A stretch of DNA of 64,000 nt, from NCBI GenBank assembly GCA_963846475.1, contig CAWJVZ010000004.1, forward strand, positions 1,917,453-1,981,452, in the 5' to 3' direction. This document shows, piece by piece, positions 1-12,463 of this stretch (position 1 is its first letter; every line of letters begins with the position of its first letter). This DNA is from an uncultured Alphaproteobacteria bacterium (GTDB taxonomy: Bacteria; Pseudomonadota; Alphaproteobacteria; Rhizobiales; Afifellaceae). The position numbers were made by a program, and so were the translations under genes. The notes beneath the pieces were generated by a model, which had not been told where the DNA came from, did not search any database, and saw only the letters and a program-made list of their open reading frames with translations.

Positions 1-290
1 CCGACGAGGTGGGCGACCCTCAGAAACTCGACATGTGGCTGGACGTGAACGGCCAGCGCATGCAGACCGGCAACACGCGCACGATGGTCTTTTCGGTCGC
101 CAAGCTGATCGCCTACGCGTCGGGCAAGATGGTGCTGGAGCCGGGCGACATCATCACGACGGGCACGCCGCCGGGCGTCGGCATGGGCAAGAAGCCGCCG
201 GTGTTCTTGAAGCCGGGCGACGTCATGGAGCTCGGCGTCGAAAAGCTCGGCAAGCAGCGGCAGCGCGTCGTGGCGTTCGGCGGGACCTGA
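1..290 (+). CDS. fumarylacetoacetate hydrolase (FAH) family protein, C-terminal part (5' end outside window)
   Basis: ORF 9..290. The translation ...MVFSVAKLIAYASGKMVLEPGDIITTGTPPGVGMG...PGDVMELGVEKLG is a typical FAH-family C-terminus, and the frame is open to the window edge. Confidence 0.75.
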   Translation, partial: DEVGDPQKLDMWLDVNGQRMQTGNTRTMVFSVAKLIAYASGKMVLEPGDIITTGTPPGVGMGKKPPVFLKPGDVMELGVEKLGKQRQRVVAFGGT

Positions 291-309
291 GCTTTCTGCA
301 CGGTCTGAC

Positions 310-1239
310 CTAGCCCGGCGGCGGCCCCATGGCCTTGCGTTGCCGGGCGCGCTCGAGGCCGAGCCGGCGTTCGCGGAATATGATGAAGATGCCGGCGGCG
401 ATGACGATCGCGCCGCCGAAGATCACGCTGGACGTCGGCACCTCACGAAACAGCAGATAGCCGAAGGCGAGGCCCCACAGCATCGATACGTATTCGAACG
501 AGGCCACTGTCGCAGCGGGCGCGTGGCGGTAGGCGGAGGTCATCAGGATCTGCCCAACGCCGCCGAGGAGCCCCATGAGGACGAGGATGGCGGCGTCCCA
601 GCCGCTTGGCACGGCCCAGCCGAAGGGGAGCGATACGGCGAGCGACAGAATGGACGAGCTCAGCGCGAAGTAGAAGACGATCGTGCCGGTCGATTCCGTG
701 TGCGTCATCGAGCGGATGAAGATCGCCGCGAAGGCGGAGAACAGCGCGCTGGCGAGCGCCAGCATGGCGCCGAGCAGCGCCGCGTCGCCGATCGTCCCGC
801 CGCTCAGCACGGTGAAGCGCGGCCACAAGATGATGACGATGCCGACGAAGCCGATCGCCACCGCGCTCCAGCGGAACAGCCGCACCCTTTCGTGCAGGAG
901 GAGCGCGGCAAGCACGACGATGATCAGCGGCGAGGCGTAGCCGATGGTCATCGCTTCCGGCAGCGGCAGCAAGGCCAGCGACATGAAGTTGAAGGTCATG
1001 CTGAACAGGCCGACCAGACCGCGGCTGAAGTGCGTCCACGGCCGCCTCGTCCGCAGCGCTTCGGGGAACTGGCCCTGCCACACCAGCATGACGACGATCG
1101 GGATGAGCGCGAAGAAGGAACGGCAGAAGACGATCTCGCCCGGCGGGATGCGGTCCGCGACCGCCTTCACGCAGACCAGCATGAGCGTGAACACGAATGT
1201 CGAGGCGATCTTCAGCGCGATGCCGCGGCCGGGATTCAT
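310..1239 (-). CDS. DMT (EamA-like) family transporter
   Basis: Last 309 codons of the 606-aa ORF 310..2130, starting at Met (cat at 1237-1239) MNPGRGIALKIASTFVFTLMLVCVK... About ten hydrophobic segments form two EamA-like halves. The upstream part of the long ORF is an out-of-frame overlap of the next gene. Confidence 0.85.
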   Translation of the reverse strand: MNPGRGIALKIASTFVFTLMLVCVKAVADRIPPGEIVFCRSFFALIPIVVMLVWQGQFPEALRTRRPWTHFSRGLVGLFSMTFNFMSLALLPLPEAMTIGYASPLIIVVLAALLLHERVRLFRWSAVAIGFVGIVIILWPRFTVLSGGTIGDAALLGAMLALASALFSAFAAIFIRSMTHTESTGTIVFYFALSSSILSLAVSLPFGWAVPSGWDAAILVLMGLLGGVGQILMTSAYRHAPAATVASFEYVSMLWGLAFGYLLFREVPTSSVIFGGAIVIAAGIFIIFRERRLGLERARQRKAMGPPPG

Positions 1240-1301
1240 AGCCGCCGCGCCTATCACGCGCCCGGACGGCTCGCCAGCGCGGCGAGGCGAATCTTCCCCG
1301 G

Positions 1302-2105
1302 TCAGTCCGGCGAGACGGTGCGGTAGCGCGCCTCCGCCAGGCTGTAGAGGCCGAAGGCGACCAGCCCGAGCGCGATCGCCAGCAAAATGAGCCAGCCGGA
1401 GTCCTGGCCCTGCACGGCTTGCAGCGCCTCGGCGAGACCGGGCCGTTCCTCGACGTCGTAGGCGAGGCCGCCGCGGACGACGAGGCCGCCGATGACGAGG
1501 AATACGATGCCGCGGGCGATCAGGCCGAAACGGCTGAGCGGTCGCAGCCAGCTCATCACGTCCTCGCCGCAGCGGAAGTATTTTTCGAAGCCGGCTCGGA
1601 CGCCCTTGACGATGTGGGCGATGCCGACGGCGAAGAGGATCGCCGCGACGCCGTAGACGAGCAGCCAGCCGACGCCGGCCTCGTGGATCGCCGCGAGCCA
1701 GCCGCCGGTCGGATCGCCGCCGCCGCCCGAGCCGCCCTCCTCCGAGGCGCTCCGCGATCCCGTCGCGATCGCCGCGGCAAGCAGCGCCAACGCGGCGTAG
1801 CTGAGCCCGCCGAGTGCAAGGCCGGCGCGGATCGCGACGCCCTTGGCCTCGCTGCCGTGATGATCGGTGTCGCGGATCGCCTGGACGAGGCGCCAGATGC
1901 AGAAGGCGGCGAGCCCGAGCGCGACCAGCCAGACCAGGATGGTGCCGAAGGGCTGCCGCAATAGCGCCTCCAGCGCGCCTGCGGTGCCTTTCGCCTGCGA
2001 CCGGCCGAAGGCGGCGAGCACGGCGAAGAAGCCGATGACGAGGTAGACGAGGCCGCGCGCCGCATAGCCGGTCCTGGCCAGGCCTTCGATCCACGCGCGC
2101 ATCAA
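1302..2105 (-). CDS. DUF1206 domain-containing membrane protein
   Basis: 267-aa ORF. ARGLVYLVIGFFAV..., AIRAGLALGGLSYAALA... and IARGIVFLVIGGLVV... are repeated DUF1206-type TM hairpins. Confidence 0.75.
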   Translation of the reverse strand: MMRAWIEGLARTGYAARGLVYLVIGFFAVLAAFGRSQAKGTAGALEALLRQPFGTILVWLVALGLAAFCIWRLVQAIRDTDHHGSEAKGVAIRAGLALGGLSYAALALLAAAIATGSRSASEEGGSGGGGDPTGGWLAAIHEAGVGWLLVYGVAAILFAVGIAHIVKGVRAGFEKYFRCGEDVMSWLRPLSRFGLIARGIVFLVIGGLVVRGGLAYDVEERPGLAEALQAVQGQDSGWLILLAIALGLVAFGLYSLAEARYRTVSPD

Positions 2106-2186
2106 GACTCCGTCGGCGGCAAGCCTGCATAAGACGGTCTCGCGCCGTACGGTTCCATCGGCGGCGACCGGGGCGTCTGCAACGCG

Positions 2187-3074
2187 TTATCTCTGCCGCA
2201 GCACCCTTCCGGCGACCGCGTCGAGTTTTTCCAGCAGCGCCGGGTCGCGCTTTTCCGGCGCCGTCATGACGGCGAAATCGAGCGCCCGGTCGGAGCCGAT
2301 CGGACAGGGCTCATGCTGGCGCGGAAAATCGCCGGCAAGGCGGGCGAGGAGGCGCTGCACGCGCTCGCGGTTCTCCGCCATGACTCTTAACACCGACTGC
2401 ACGTCGACCTGGCCGTGCTCCTCGTGCCAGCAATCGTAGTCGGTGACCATGGCGATTGTGGCGTAGCAAATCTCCGCCTCGCGGGCGAGCTTTGCCTCCG
2501 GCATGTTGGTCATGCCGATCACGTCGCAGCCCCAGGCGCGGTAGAGCCGGCTTTCGGCGAGCGTGGAGAATTGCGGGCCTTCCATGACGATGTAGGTGCC
2601 GCCGCGGCGGCAAGGAATGCCCTCCGCCCCGCCGGCGGCGGCGATCCGGTCGACGAGGAGCGGGCTGACCGGGTGCGCCATGGAGACATGCGCGGTGACG
2701 CCGGCGCCGAAAAAGCTCTTTTGGCGCGCAAAAGTGCGGTCGATGAACTGGTCGACCAGCACGAAGGCGCCGGGCGCCAGGTCTTCGCGGAGCGAGCCGA
2801 CGGCGGAGACGGAGACGAGGTCGGTCACCCCGGCGCGCTTCAGCGCGTCGATGTTGGCGCGGTAGTCGATATGGCTCGGCGACAGGCGATGCCCCCTCCC
2901 GTGGCGCGGCAGGAAGCGGAGCGGCAGGCCGTCAAGCTCGGCGAAGAGGATTTCGTCCGACGCCTCGCCCCAGGGGCTCTCGATTAGCCGCCATTCCGGC
3001 TTCTCCAGACCGGGCAGGTCGTAGAGCCCGGAGCCACCGACAATGCCCAGAACTGCCTGCACGGCGGCCGCCAC
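2187..3074 (-). CDS. mtnP: S-methyl-5'-thioadenosine phosphorylase
   Basis: LGIVGGSGLYDLPG...FLPRHGRGHRLSPSHIDYRANIDALK...GMTNMPEAKLAREAEICYATIAMVTDYDCW are PNP/MTAP family motifs. The start is uncertain: GTG at 3074 or 3059 is likelier than the ATG at 3137. Confidence 0.85.
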   Translation of the reverse strand: MAAAVQAVLGIVGGSGLYDLPGLEKPEWRLIESPWGEASDEILFAELDGLPLRFLPRHGRGHRLSPSHIDYRANIDALKRAGVTDLVSVSAVGSLREDLAPGAFVLVDQFIDRTFARQKSFFGAGVTAHVSMAHPVSPLLVDRIAAAGGAEGIPCRRGGTYIVMEGPQFSTLAESRLYRAWGCDVIGMTNMPEAKLAREAEICYATIAMVTDYDCWHEEHGQVDVQSVLRVMAENRERVQRLLARLAGDFPRQHEPCPIGSDRALDFAVMTAPEKRDPALLEKLDAVAGRVLRQR

Positions 3075-3167
3075 CTGTCCGAAAATTGCGCAACAACGGT
3101 AGCGGCGACAGGCGCGCGCGCCAAGCCCGGCGCGCACGCGGTGAAATCAACACCCGGGCGGCGGCAC

Positions 3168-4163
3168 TCAGCGGCAGATTGCCGTCGACCCTCCGACGCC
3201 GTTCGCCGCAAGCAGGGCCTGCGCCTTCGCGTCAATGCGGGCCGCGTCGCCATTGGAGAGCCCGGGCAGGGAGGACGCGGAGCCGGGAAACACCACGTAG
3301 TCGGCCTCCTCGAGCTTCAGCCGGACCGTGTCGCGGTAGTTCGCCGGTATCGCCGACTGTCCCCTGAGCTGCATGGCGAGCAGGACGGTTCCCTCGCCGA
3401 TCCTCTTCGGATTCGTGTCGCCGACGATGGCCCCGTGCCAGGCGTTTCCGCCCGCCGCGCGAACCGCCGCCACGTCGTGGTGGCGCACGCCCGCGGCCGC
3501 CATCCTGTCGTCGAGAGGCAGGACGATGGCCGGAATGCGAAGCGCGTCGACCCAGCGCGCCGGGTCGCACACGCCCTTCGAAGAATCAATCGGCCGGGCG
3601 GTCTGCGAAACGTAGAAGCCGTCCTTCTCGCAGGGCTTGCCCTTATTCTTGCCGGCGACCTCAGTGCCGGGAATGAGCGCGATGGCATAGAAGTCGACGT
3701 AGTTCTCGCCCGGCTTCAGCCATCCGAAATCGCGGATGCGCTCGAACTCGGGAATGAGCCTGCTGCACTGGGAGGCGCTGAAGACGAGCGCGTTCGAGGC
3801 GCTCCGGATGTTGACGCCATTGCAGATCGTGTTCAGCGCCGAACGCGTATTGAGGCGGCCGCCGTCGAAATTGCCAAGATCATCCGCCTTGTACGACTCC
3901 AGTGCGCCGTCCGTGTTAACGTCGACGTCGGCGCGGAAGCTGACGATACCGCTCGGGGCGCGGAAGACCGCAACACCTTCATACGTGCCGATTTTCGTGC
4001 AGCTCGCCGCCACCGTCTCGACCGGCTCGCCCGGATTTGACGGCGCTATCGCGTTTGTGCCCGGCGCGGGCTGCGCGCCTCCGGTGGCAGAATTGTCCGC
4101 GGCCGAACAACCGGCCAGGACGATAAGAGTCACGGCCGCCGCGAAGATGCGCGCGTTCAGCAT
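3168..4163 (-). CDS. secreted lipoprotein of unknown function (possibly GH75/chitosanase-like)
   Basis: Lipobox signal MLNARIFAAAVTLIVLAGCSA. The motifs DVDVNTDG and ...AIVGDTNPKRIGEGTV... resemble GH75-type proteins from memory. The family call is tentative; the ORF itself is solid. Confidence 0.6.
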   Translation of the reverse strand: MLNARIFAAAVTLIVLAGCSAADNSATGGAQPAPGTNAIAPSNPGEPVETVAASCTKIGTYEGVAVFRAPSGIVSFRADVDVNTDGALESYKADDLGNFDGGRLNTRSALNTICNGVNIRSASNALVFSASQCSRLIPEFERIRDFGWLKPGENYVDFYAIALIPGTEVAGKNKGKPCEKDGFYVSQTARPIDSSKGVCDPARWVDALRIPAIVLPLDDRMAAAGVRHHDVAAVRAAGGNAWHGAIVGDTNPKRIGEGTVLLAMQLRGQSAIPANYRDTVRLKLEEADYVVFPGSASSLPGLSNGDAARIDAKAQALLAANGVGGSTAICR

Positions 4164-4344
4164 GTCCTGCCTCCCTTCCGTTCCGATCGCCGACGGCCGG
4201 CGCGACGATCGCGCCGTGTGGCATGATCGTCACAGGGTTGATTAGGGCCAGCAAAACATTCCCCGGTCAAGGTAGGGGTCATGAAATGGGAGGACGCGGG
4301 GTGCTTTCCGCCGTAGCTACGTTCCAGCTAAGCGCGCAAACGAG

Positions 4345-5253
4345 CTAAGCTGCGCCCTCGCCCGGCGAATAGGCCCAGACTTTCTTCTTCGCGTAATAGA
4401 CGAGCCCGGCCAGCAGGATCAGGAACACCATGACGGTGAGCCCCATCGCCTTGCGGTCGGTCATGTGCGGCTCGGCCGCCCACATCAGGAACGCGGTGAC
4501 GTCCTTGGCATATTGATCGACCGTCTCCGGCACGTCGTTGACCTCCGTCTCGTCCTCGTTCTGCGCATAGGTGACCTGGCCGTCGGAGAGCGGCGGCGGC
4601 ATGGCGAGCGACGGGCCGGAGATGAAATGCGGGTTGTAATACTGCCCCTCGGCCACTTCGACGCCGGCCGGCGGCTCCTCGTAGCCGGTCAGCAGCGAGT
4701 AGATGTAGTCCGGCCCGAGCTCCTGGTGGTACTGCGTAAAAACGTCGAACACGAAGGTCGGAAAGCCGCGCTCCACCGCCCGCGCCTTGGCCATCAGCGA
4801 CAAATCTGGGGGATAGGCGCCGCCGTTGGAAGCGCGCGCTGCCTGCTCGTTGGCATAGGGCGGCGGGAAATAGTCCGAGGCGCGGCCCGGCCGCTCGAAC
4901 ATTTCGCCTGACGCGTCGGGACCGTCGGCGATCTGGTACTCCGCGGCAAGCGCCGCGACCTCTTCCTCGGAAAAGTGCGGGCCGCTTTCGGAGGCGAGGT
5001 TGCGGAACGCCACCATGCTCAGCGAATGGCAGCCGGCACAGACGTCCCGGTAGATGTGGAAGCCGCGCTGCAGCTGCTGCGGGTCGAATTTTCCGAACGG
5101 CCCGGCAAACGACCAGTCGACGTGATGCGGGTGCTCCAGCGGGTAGTGCGGCGTCTCGCCTTCCTGGGCAGTCGCCGGGAGGGCGGCGGCGCCAAGCGCA
5201 AACGCCGTCAGCGCGGCGGCGGCAAAGCGGAGCATTCTGTGCTGCATCGGCAT
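4345..5253 (-). CDS. petC: cytochrome c1
   Basis: Signal peptide, CAGCHS heme-binding motif, PPDLSLMAKAR motif and a C-terminal TM anchor. Last gene of the petABC operon. Confidence 0.93.
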   Translation of the reverse strand: MPMQHRMLRFAAAALTAFALGAAALPATAQEGETPHYPLEHPHHVDWSFAGPFGKFDPQQLQRGFHIYRDVCAGCHSLSMVAFRNLASESGPHFSEEEVAALAAEYQIADGPDASGEMFERPGRASDYFPPPYANEQAARASNGGAYPPDLSLMAKARAVERGFPTFVFDVFTQYHQELGPDYIYSLLTGYEEPPAGVEVAEGQYYNPHFISGPSLAMPPPLSDGQVTYAQNEDETEVNDVPETVDQYAKDVTAFLMWAAEPHMTDRKAMGLTVMVFLILLAGLVYYAKKKVWAYSPGEGAA

Positions 5254-5260
5254 GTTCCGC

Positions 5261-6541
5261 TCAGCCCCTCGATTCGGGCGCCGCGGCGCTGCCGGCCGGA
5301 CGCCCCGCGCCGCCCGTGCTCGCCAGCACTGCGTCGGCGATGGAGGCCGGCCGCGGCTTCGGCGTCTCGAACAGGCCGAGAAGCGGCATGATGACCAAAA
5401 AATGCAGGAAATAGTAGGTGGTCAGCACGCGCGCCGCGATGACGTAGCCGCCCTCGGGGGGCTGCGAGCCGAGATAGCCGAGCCCGATCGCGACCACCAC
5501 GAAGATCCAGAAGAACTGCTTGTAGAGCGGCCGGTAGGCGGCCGAGCGCACCTTCGACGTATCGAGCCACGGCACCAGGAACAGCACGGCGATGGACCCG
5601 AACATGGCAATGACGCCGCCGAGCTTCGACGGGATCGCCCGCAGGATGGCGTAGAACGGCAGCAGGTACCATTCCGGCACGATATGCGCCGGCGTCACCA
5701 AAGGGTTCGCCTTGATGGAGTTGTCGGGATGGCCGAGATAGTTCGGCATGTAGAAGAGGAACCAGGCGAAGACCAGCAGGAAGACCACCAGCGCGAATGC
5801 GTCCTTGATCGTCGCATGCGGAGTGAACGGCACCACGTCCTGCTTCGACTTCACCTCAAGGCCGGTCGGATTGGTCTGGCCGGCGATGTGCAGCGCCCAG
5901 ACATGCAGGATGACCACGCCGGCGATGATGAAGGGCAAGAGATAGTGTAGCGAGAAGAAGCGGTTGAGGGTCGGATCGCCGACCGCGAAGCCGCCCCACA
6001 GCCAGGTGGTGATCGCCTCGCCGACCAGCGGAATCGCCGAGAACAGATTGGTGATGACGGTGGCGCCCCAGAAACTCATCTGACCCCAGGGCAGCACGTA
6101 GCCCATGAAGGCCGTCGCCATCATCAGGAGCAGGATCAGCACGCCGAGGATCCACAGCACCTCGCGCGGCGCCTTGTAGGATCCGTAATAGAGGCCGCGG
6201 AAGGTGTGGATGTAGGCGGCGAGGAAGAACATCGACGCGCCCACCGCGTGGAGGTAGCGCAGCAGCCAGCCGTAATTCACGTCGCGCATGATGTGCTCGA
6301 CGGATTCGAACGCCATGTCGGCATCGGCCACGTAGTGCATGGCGAGAACGATGCCGGTGACGATCTGCACCGCCAGCATGAAGCTCAGGATGCCGCCAAA
6401 CGTGTACCAGTAGTTCAAATTGCGCGGGATCGGATAGGCGACAAAGCTGTCGTAGAGGAGGCGCGTGAACGGCAGGCGCTCGTCGAACCAGCGCCCGACC
6501 TTCGACCTCGGCGCGTAGCGGGGGAAATAATCGTGCTGCAT
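5261..6541 (-). CDS. petB: cytochrome b
   Basis: 426 aa. Contains [44 protein letters not shown] and other cytochrome b signatures. Confidence 0.95.
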   Translation of the reverse strand: MQHDYFPRYAPRSKVGRWFDERLPFTRLLYDSFVAYPIPRNLNYWYTFGGILSFMLAVQIVTGIVLAMHYVADADMAFESVEHIMRDVNYGWLLRYLHAVGASMFFLAAYIHTFRGLYYGSYKAPREVLWILGVLILLLMMATAFMGYVLPWGQMSFWGATVITNLFSAIPLVGEAITTWLWGGFAVGDPTLNRFFSLHYLLPFIIAGVVILHVWALHIAGQTNPTGLEVKSKQDVVPFTPHATIKDAFALVVFLLVFAWFLFYMPNYLGHPDNSIKANPLVTPAHIVPEWYLLPFYAILRAIPSKLGGVIAMFGSIAVLFLVPWLDTSKVRSAAYRPLYKQFFWIFVVVAIGLGYLGSQPPEGGYVIAARVLTTYYFLHFLVIMPLLGLFETPKPRPASIADAVLASTGGAGRPAGSAAAPESRG

Positions 6542-6563
6542 GGGGTTGCGGTCTCGCTGGGGC

Positions 6564-7193
6564 TCAGCCGATGCGAATCGTCGTGTCGTCGGAGAAGGCG
6601 AAGGGCGGTATCAGCATGTTCTCCGGCGCCGGGCCGCGGCGAATGCGCCCCGCCGTATCGTAGGCGGAGCCGTGGCAGGGGCAGAACCAGCCGCCGAACT
6701 CGCCCTGCTGGCCGAGCGGCACGCAACCGAGATGCGTGCAGACGCCGACCATGATGAGCCACGCCTCCTTCTCGGGGGCGGCGCGGTTCTCGTCGGTCGC
6801 CGGCGCATCCGGGTCGAGATTGGCATTGCGCGCCACTTGATCCTTGAGCTGGTCGATGTCGACTTCCCGGGCCGCGGCGATTTCGGCTTCGGTGCGGTTG
6901 CGGATGAACACCGGCTTGCCGCGCCACATGACGGTGATCGCCTGGCCCGGCTCGATCGCGGCGACGTCGACCTCGATGGAGGCGAGGGCCAGGGCCGAGG
7001 CGTCCGGGTTCATCTGGTCGATGAACGGCCACAAGGTGGCGGCGAGGCCCACCGTGGCGAACGCGCCGGTAGAAATCAGCAGGAAATCGCGCCGGGTGAT
7101 GTCCATCCCGGCCTCATGCGGCTCGATGCGTTTGGCTGCCGGGCTGGCGGTGATGGGATGGGTCGTCGTCTCAGCCAAAGCATGCCCTCGCAT
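6564..7193 (-). CDS. petA: ubiquinol-cytochrome c reductase iron-sulfur (Rieske) subunit
   Basis: Tat-like TRRDFLL motif and Rieske boxes CTHLGCVP and CPCHGSAYD. The start could instead be the internal Met at 7106. Confidence 0.92.
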   Translation of the reverse strand: MRGHALAETTTHPITASPAAKRIEPHEAGMDITRRDFLLISTGAFATVGLAATLWPFIDQMNPDASALALASIEVDVAAIEPGQAITVMWRGKPVFIRNRTEAEIAAAREVDIDQLKDQVARNANLDPDAPATDENRAAPEKEAWLIMVGVCTHLGCVPLGQQGEFGGWFCPCHGSAYDTAGRIRRGPAPENMLIPPFAFSDDTTIRIG

Positions 7194-7403
7194 TCGAGCG
7201 GCGCACCTGGACGCCGCATCTCGGCCGGCGGGGCTGAACAGGAGGTGGCCGCTGACACCGCCTCGGACGGCCTTCCCGCCGCCCGCCTTTTGTCAAAGTC
7301 GGATAAGAGTGTCCAGTCGAGCCGCCGCGGACACGGCAACATGTCGCAACGTGCGCCGGCCCTCTAGGACTTTTCGCTGAGGCGGGCGCCGCGCGCTCCC
7401 GTA

Positions 7404-9281
<1,878 letters not shown>

Positions 9282-9350
9282 CGATCCTGCTCCGGGCCTT
9301 GTCCCGCGGGGCAGAAGCGGGCGGCAAGCGAAAACTCTTCCGGCAATCTA

Positions 9351-9809
9351 ATGATCGACTGCGCGCTTTTCGAGCCCGATATTCCGCAGAATGCCGGGGC
9401 GATCCTCCGCCTCGGCGCCTGCTTCGGCGTCACCGTGCACATCGTCCATCCCTGCGGCTTTGTGCTGAGCGACCGCAATTTCCGCCGCGCCGGCATGGAC
9501 TACCTCGACCGCGCCGTGCTGGTGGGGCACGCCGACTGGCCGAGCTTTGAGGCCTGGCGGCAGCAGTCCGGGCGGCGCCTTGTAGCGCTGACGACGCGCG
9601 GCGACGCCGCGTTGCACGAATTCGCCTTCCGGACCGACGACGTCCTCCTCCTCGGCCGCGAATCCGCCGGCCTGCCGGAGGCCGTCAAGTCGGCCGCCGA
9701 CGCGGCATTGCGCATCGCGATCCGGCCCGGCAACCGTTCGCTCAACGTCGCCGCCGCCGCGTCGATCGGCCTCTACGAGGCGCTCCGGCAGACGAGCCAG
9801 CTCCCGTGA
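9351..9809 (+). CDS. trmL: tRNA (cytidine/uridine-2'-O-)-methyltransferase TrmL (SpoU family)
   Basis: 152 aa. LFEPDIPQNAGAILRLGACFG...LLLGRESAGLP...IPIRPGNRSLNVAAAASIGLYEA is the SpoU/TrmL pattern. Confidence 0.88.
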   Translation: MIDCALFEPDIPQNAGAILRLGACFGVTVHIVHPCGFVLSDRNFRRAGMDYLDRAVLVGHADWPSFEAWRQQSGRRLVALTTRGDAALHEFAFRTDDVLLLGRESAGLPEAVKSAADAALRIAIRPGNRSLNVAAAASIGLYEALRQTSQLP

Positions 9810-9890
9810 GTCGGCCGGCTCTCCCGGGAGCCCTGATGTGGCGTTCCCCTGGCAAAGCGCCTAAACCGCCTGCTGCGCACGCCACAAAAA

Positions 9891-11438
9891 ATGCCGATGC
9901 CGCCACCCTTCTGGGCCAAGCCAAAAGTCGTCGCCCTCGTCATCCTCGCCTATCTGGCCAGCCATTTCGCGCTCCGCATGGCCATGTGGCCGACGCTCGG
10001 CATCGACGATGCGGAGCAGGCGCTGTTCGCCCAGGAATTTTCGTGGAGCTACCGTTTCCGCGCCCCGCCGCTCTTCACCTGGCTGCTCCTGGCGCTGGGC
10101 AGGGTCATCGGCGTCGAGATCGTGGCGATCGGCCTGATCCGCTACGCCCTCCTCGCCGCCACCTTCGGCGTCGTCTATCTCACCGCCCGCCGCCTGATCG
10201 CCGATCCGCGCCTGGCGGCGCTCAGCGTCTATTCCTTCGCGGCGATCTATATCTTTGCCTATTACAGCCACCACGACCTCACCCATACCACGGCGCTGTC
10301 GGCCATGCTCGCCGCCGCATGGTACGTGTTCGTGCGGCTCGCCGCCGCCCCGGCGCCCGGCTGGTATCTTGGGCTCGGCGCCGCCTTCGGGCTGGGGCTC
10401 CTCGCCAAGTGGAACTTTGCGATGTTCGCCGCGGCGCTGCCGCTCGCCTGCCTTTTGCACCCCCGCTTCCGGCACCTCGTCCTGACGTGGAAGATCGTGC
10501 CGGCGGCGCTCGTCACGGCGCTCGTCGTCCTGCCGACCATCATCGCCGCCATCGAAGCCGGACCCGCCCCGGGCGACGATCTCCGCTCGGTGGTCGGCGA
10601 CGAAGCCGGCTTCTCGTTCCGGCAGATGGCGGAAGGAACTCTCCAGCTCTTGAAGGCCGCCGTCGTCTATCCCCAGCCGCTCCTGGTGCTGGTCGTGCTG
10701 GTGCTCGGTCTGCCGCTTTGGCGCGGCCTCCGCGCCCGCGATCCGGACCCGCCGGCCGGCGCCGACCGCCTCGATGCCGCTTTGATAGGTCTGACCATGG
10801 CGACCTCGCTGGCGCTGCACTGGGCGCTCGTCCCGCTGCTCGGGGCGAGCGAATTCAGCGAGCGCCTGATGCAGCCGGCGTTGTTCATCCTGCCGCTCTG
10901 GCTGTTCATGCTGATCGAGCGCGGCCGGCCCTCGGCGCGCGCGGTAAACCTCTTCGCCCTTATCCTGGCGCTCCTCGCCCTCGGCACCTTCGCGGCACGC
11001 GCCGCGATCTATCTCCGCGGTGCCGACCATTGCGGCAGCTGCCGCGCCATGGCGCCGTTCCATGCGCTTGCGGAGGATTTGCAAGCGGCCGGCTTCTCAG
11101 GCCGCGGCACGATCCTCTCCGAGGGCCTGCACATCGGCGGCAACATGCGGGTGCTCTTCCCGCAGGCGCGCATCGTCGATGCGGATTTTCCGCTCGCCGA
11201 ATGGCCTGCCCCGCAGGGCGAGGCGCAGTGCCTGCTTCTCTGGCAGGAACGCGACGATCCGGCGGCGACCCGGCGCAGCTCGGAGCAGCTGCAGACCTAT
11301 CTGGCGCAGGCGCTCGACGGCGACTCCGCCGCGCCGCATCGGGCCGGCACGGCGTCGGCAAGAATGTTTCGGTCGGCGAAGCGGGAATACAGGCTGGGCT
11401 TCCGGCTTTATGATGGGCCGAACGGAGACTGCCGATGA
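9891..11438 (+). CDS. glycosyltransferase family 39 (ArnT/PMT-like) membrane protein
   Basis: 515 aa and polytopic. The N-terminus, GIDDAEQALFAQEFSWSYRFRAPPLFTWLL, is typical of GT39/PMT_2. Its stop overlaps the start of the next gene. Confidence 0.8.
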   Translation: MPMPPPFWAKPKVVALVILAYLASHFALRMAMWPTLGIDDAEQALFAQEFSWSYRFRAPPLFTWLLLALGRVIGVEIVAIGLIRYALLAATFGVVYLTARRLIADPRLAALSVYSFAAIYIFAYYSHHDLTHTTALSAMLAAAWYVFVRLAAAPAPGWYLGLGAAFGLGLLAKWNFAMFAAALPLACLLHPRFRHLVLTWKIVPAALVTALVVLPTIIAAIEAGPAPGDDLRSVVGDEAGFSFRQMAEGTLQLLKAAVVYPQPLLVLVVLVLGLPLWRGLRARDPDPPAGADRLDAALIGLTMATSLALHWALVPLLGASEFSERLMQPALFILPLWLFMLIERGRPSARAVNLFALILALLALGTFAARAAIYLRGADHCGSCRAMAPFHALAEDLQAAGFSGRGTILSEGLHIGGNMRVLFPQARIVDADFPLAEWPAPQGEAQCLLLWQERDDPAATRRSSEQLQTYLAQALDGDSAAPHRAGTASARMFRSAKREYRLGFRLYDGPNGDCR

Positions 11439-12463
11439 ACGACCTGATCGCCGCCGGGAAGACTGCCAGCCTCGCCGCGCCTGTTGCCGGCGAGCTGCCT
11501 TCGCCTTCCCGGCAAACGATCAGCGTCGTCGTGCCGGTGAGGGACGAGGAGGCGTCCCTGCCGATCTTGGTGGAGCGCGTTGCCGCGGTCGCGGCGCGGA
11601 GCGGGCTGGCGCTTGCCGAGATCATCCTCGTCGACGACGGCAGCAGCGACGGCACCTGGCCGGCGATGCAGGCCCTCGCGGCCTCCCACGGTCAGGTTCG
11701 CGCAGTCCGGCTGCGGCGCAATTTCGGTAAAGCGGCGGCGCTGATGGTCGGCATCGGCGTTGCGTCCGGCGACATCGTCGTCACGATGGACGGCGACCTG
11801 CAGGACGACCCGGAAGAAATGCCGCGCTTCATCGCCATGATCGAAGCGGGCAACGACCTCGTCTCCGGCTGGAAGCAGGAACGCAACGACCCGCTCTCCA
11901 AAACCATTCCGTCCTGGCTCTTCAACCGAGTCACCGCCTGGATGAGCGGGATAAAGCTGCACGACTTCAATTGCGGCTACAAAGCCTATCGCCGCGAGAT
12001 CTTTGACACCGTCCAGCTCTATGGCGAGCTGCACCGCTACGCCCCGGTGCTTGCCCACGCGCTCGGCTACCGCATCGCGGAAATTCCCGTTCGGCACCAC
12101 CCCCGGATTTTCGGCCGCTCCAAGTATGGGTTCCGGCGCTACCTCCGCGGCTTCCTCGACCTCCTCACCGTGCTGATGATCACCCGCTTCGCCTACCGGC
12201 CGAGCCACGTTTTCGGCGGCATCGGCACGCTGCTCATCCTGGTCGGCACGCTGATCCTCGCCTATCTCGCCGGCCTGAAACTCTTCACCGGAGCCGACAT
12301 CGGCGGCCGGCCGCTGCTGATGTTCGGCATTCTTCTGGACGTCATCGGCGTGCAGCTCCTCCTCTTCGGCCTCCTGGCGGAGCTGATCGTCAGCCGCTCG
12401 CCGCGGCTGGTGCGCTTCGACCAGCTGATCGCCGAGAAAATCGGCGGTGCGGCGGAAAGATGA
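11435..12463 (+). CDS. glycosyltransferase family 2 (polyprenyl-phosphate sugar synthase, ArnC/GtrB-like)
   Basis: ISVVVPVRDEE...ILVDDGSSDGT...NFGKAAAL...VVTMDGDLQDDPEE, plus two C-terminal TM helices. ATGA overlaps with both neighbours. Confidence 0.88.
   Translation: MNDLIAAGKTASLAAPVAGELPSPSRQTISVVVPVRDEEASLPILVERVAAVAARSGLALAEIILVDDGSSDGTWPAMQALAASHGQVRAVRLRRNFGKAAALMVGIGVASGDIVVTMDGDLQDDPEEMPRFIAMIEAGNDLVSGWKQERNDPLSKTIPSWLFNRVTAWMSGIKLHDFNCGYKAYRREIFDTVQLYGELHRYAPVLAHALGYRIAEIPVRHHPRIFGRSKYGFRRYLRGFLDLLTVLMITRFAYRPSHVFGGIGTLLILVGTLILAYLAGLKLFTGADIGGRPLLMFGILLDVIGVQLLLFGLLAELIVSRSPRLVRFDQLIAEKIGGAAER

Noticed and set aside
310-2130. 606-aa ORF spanning two genes on the minus strand
   Set aside because: Only the C-terminal 309 codons look like a protein (a DMT transporter). 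The upstream 297 codons are Arg/Gly/Pro/Ala-rich low complexity. They overlap the well-formed DUF1206 ORF (1302..2105) in another frame, a typical high-GC read-through.
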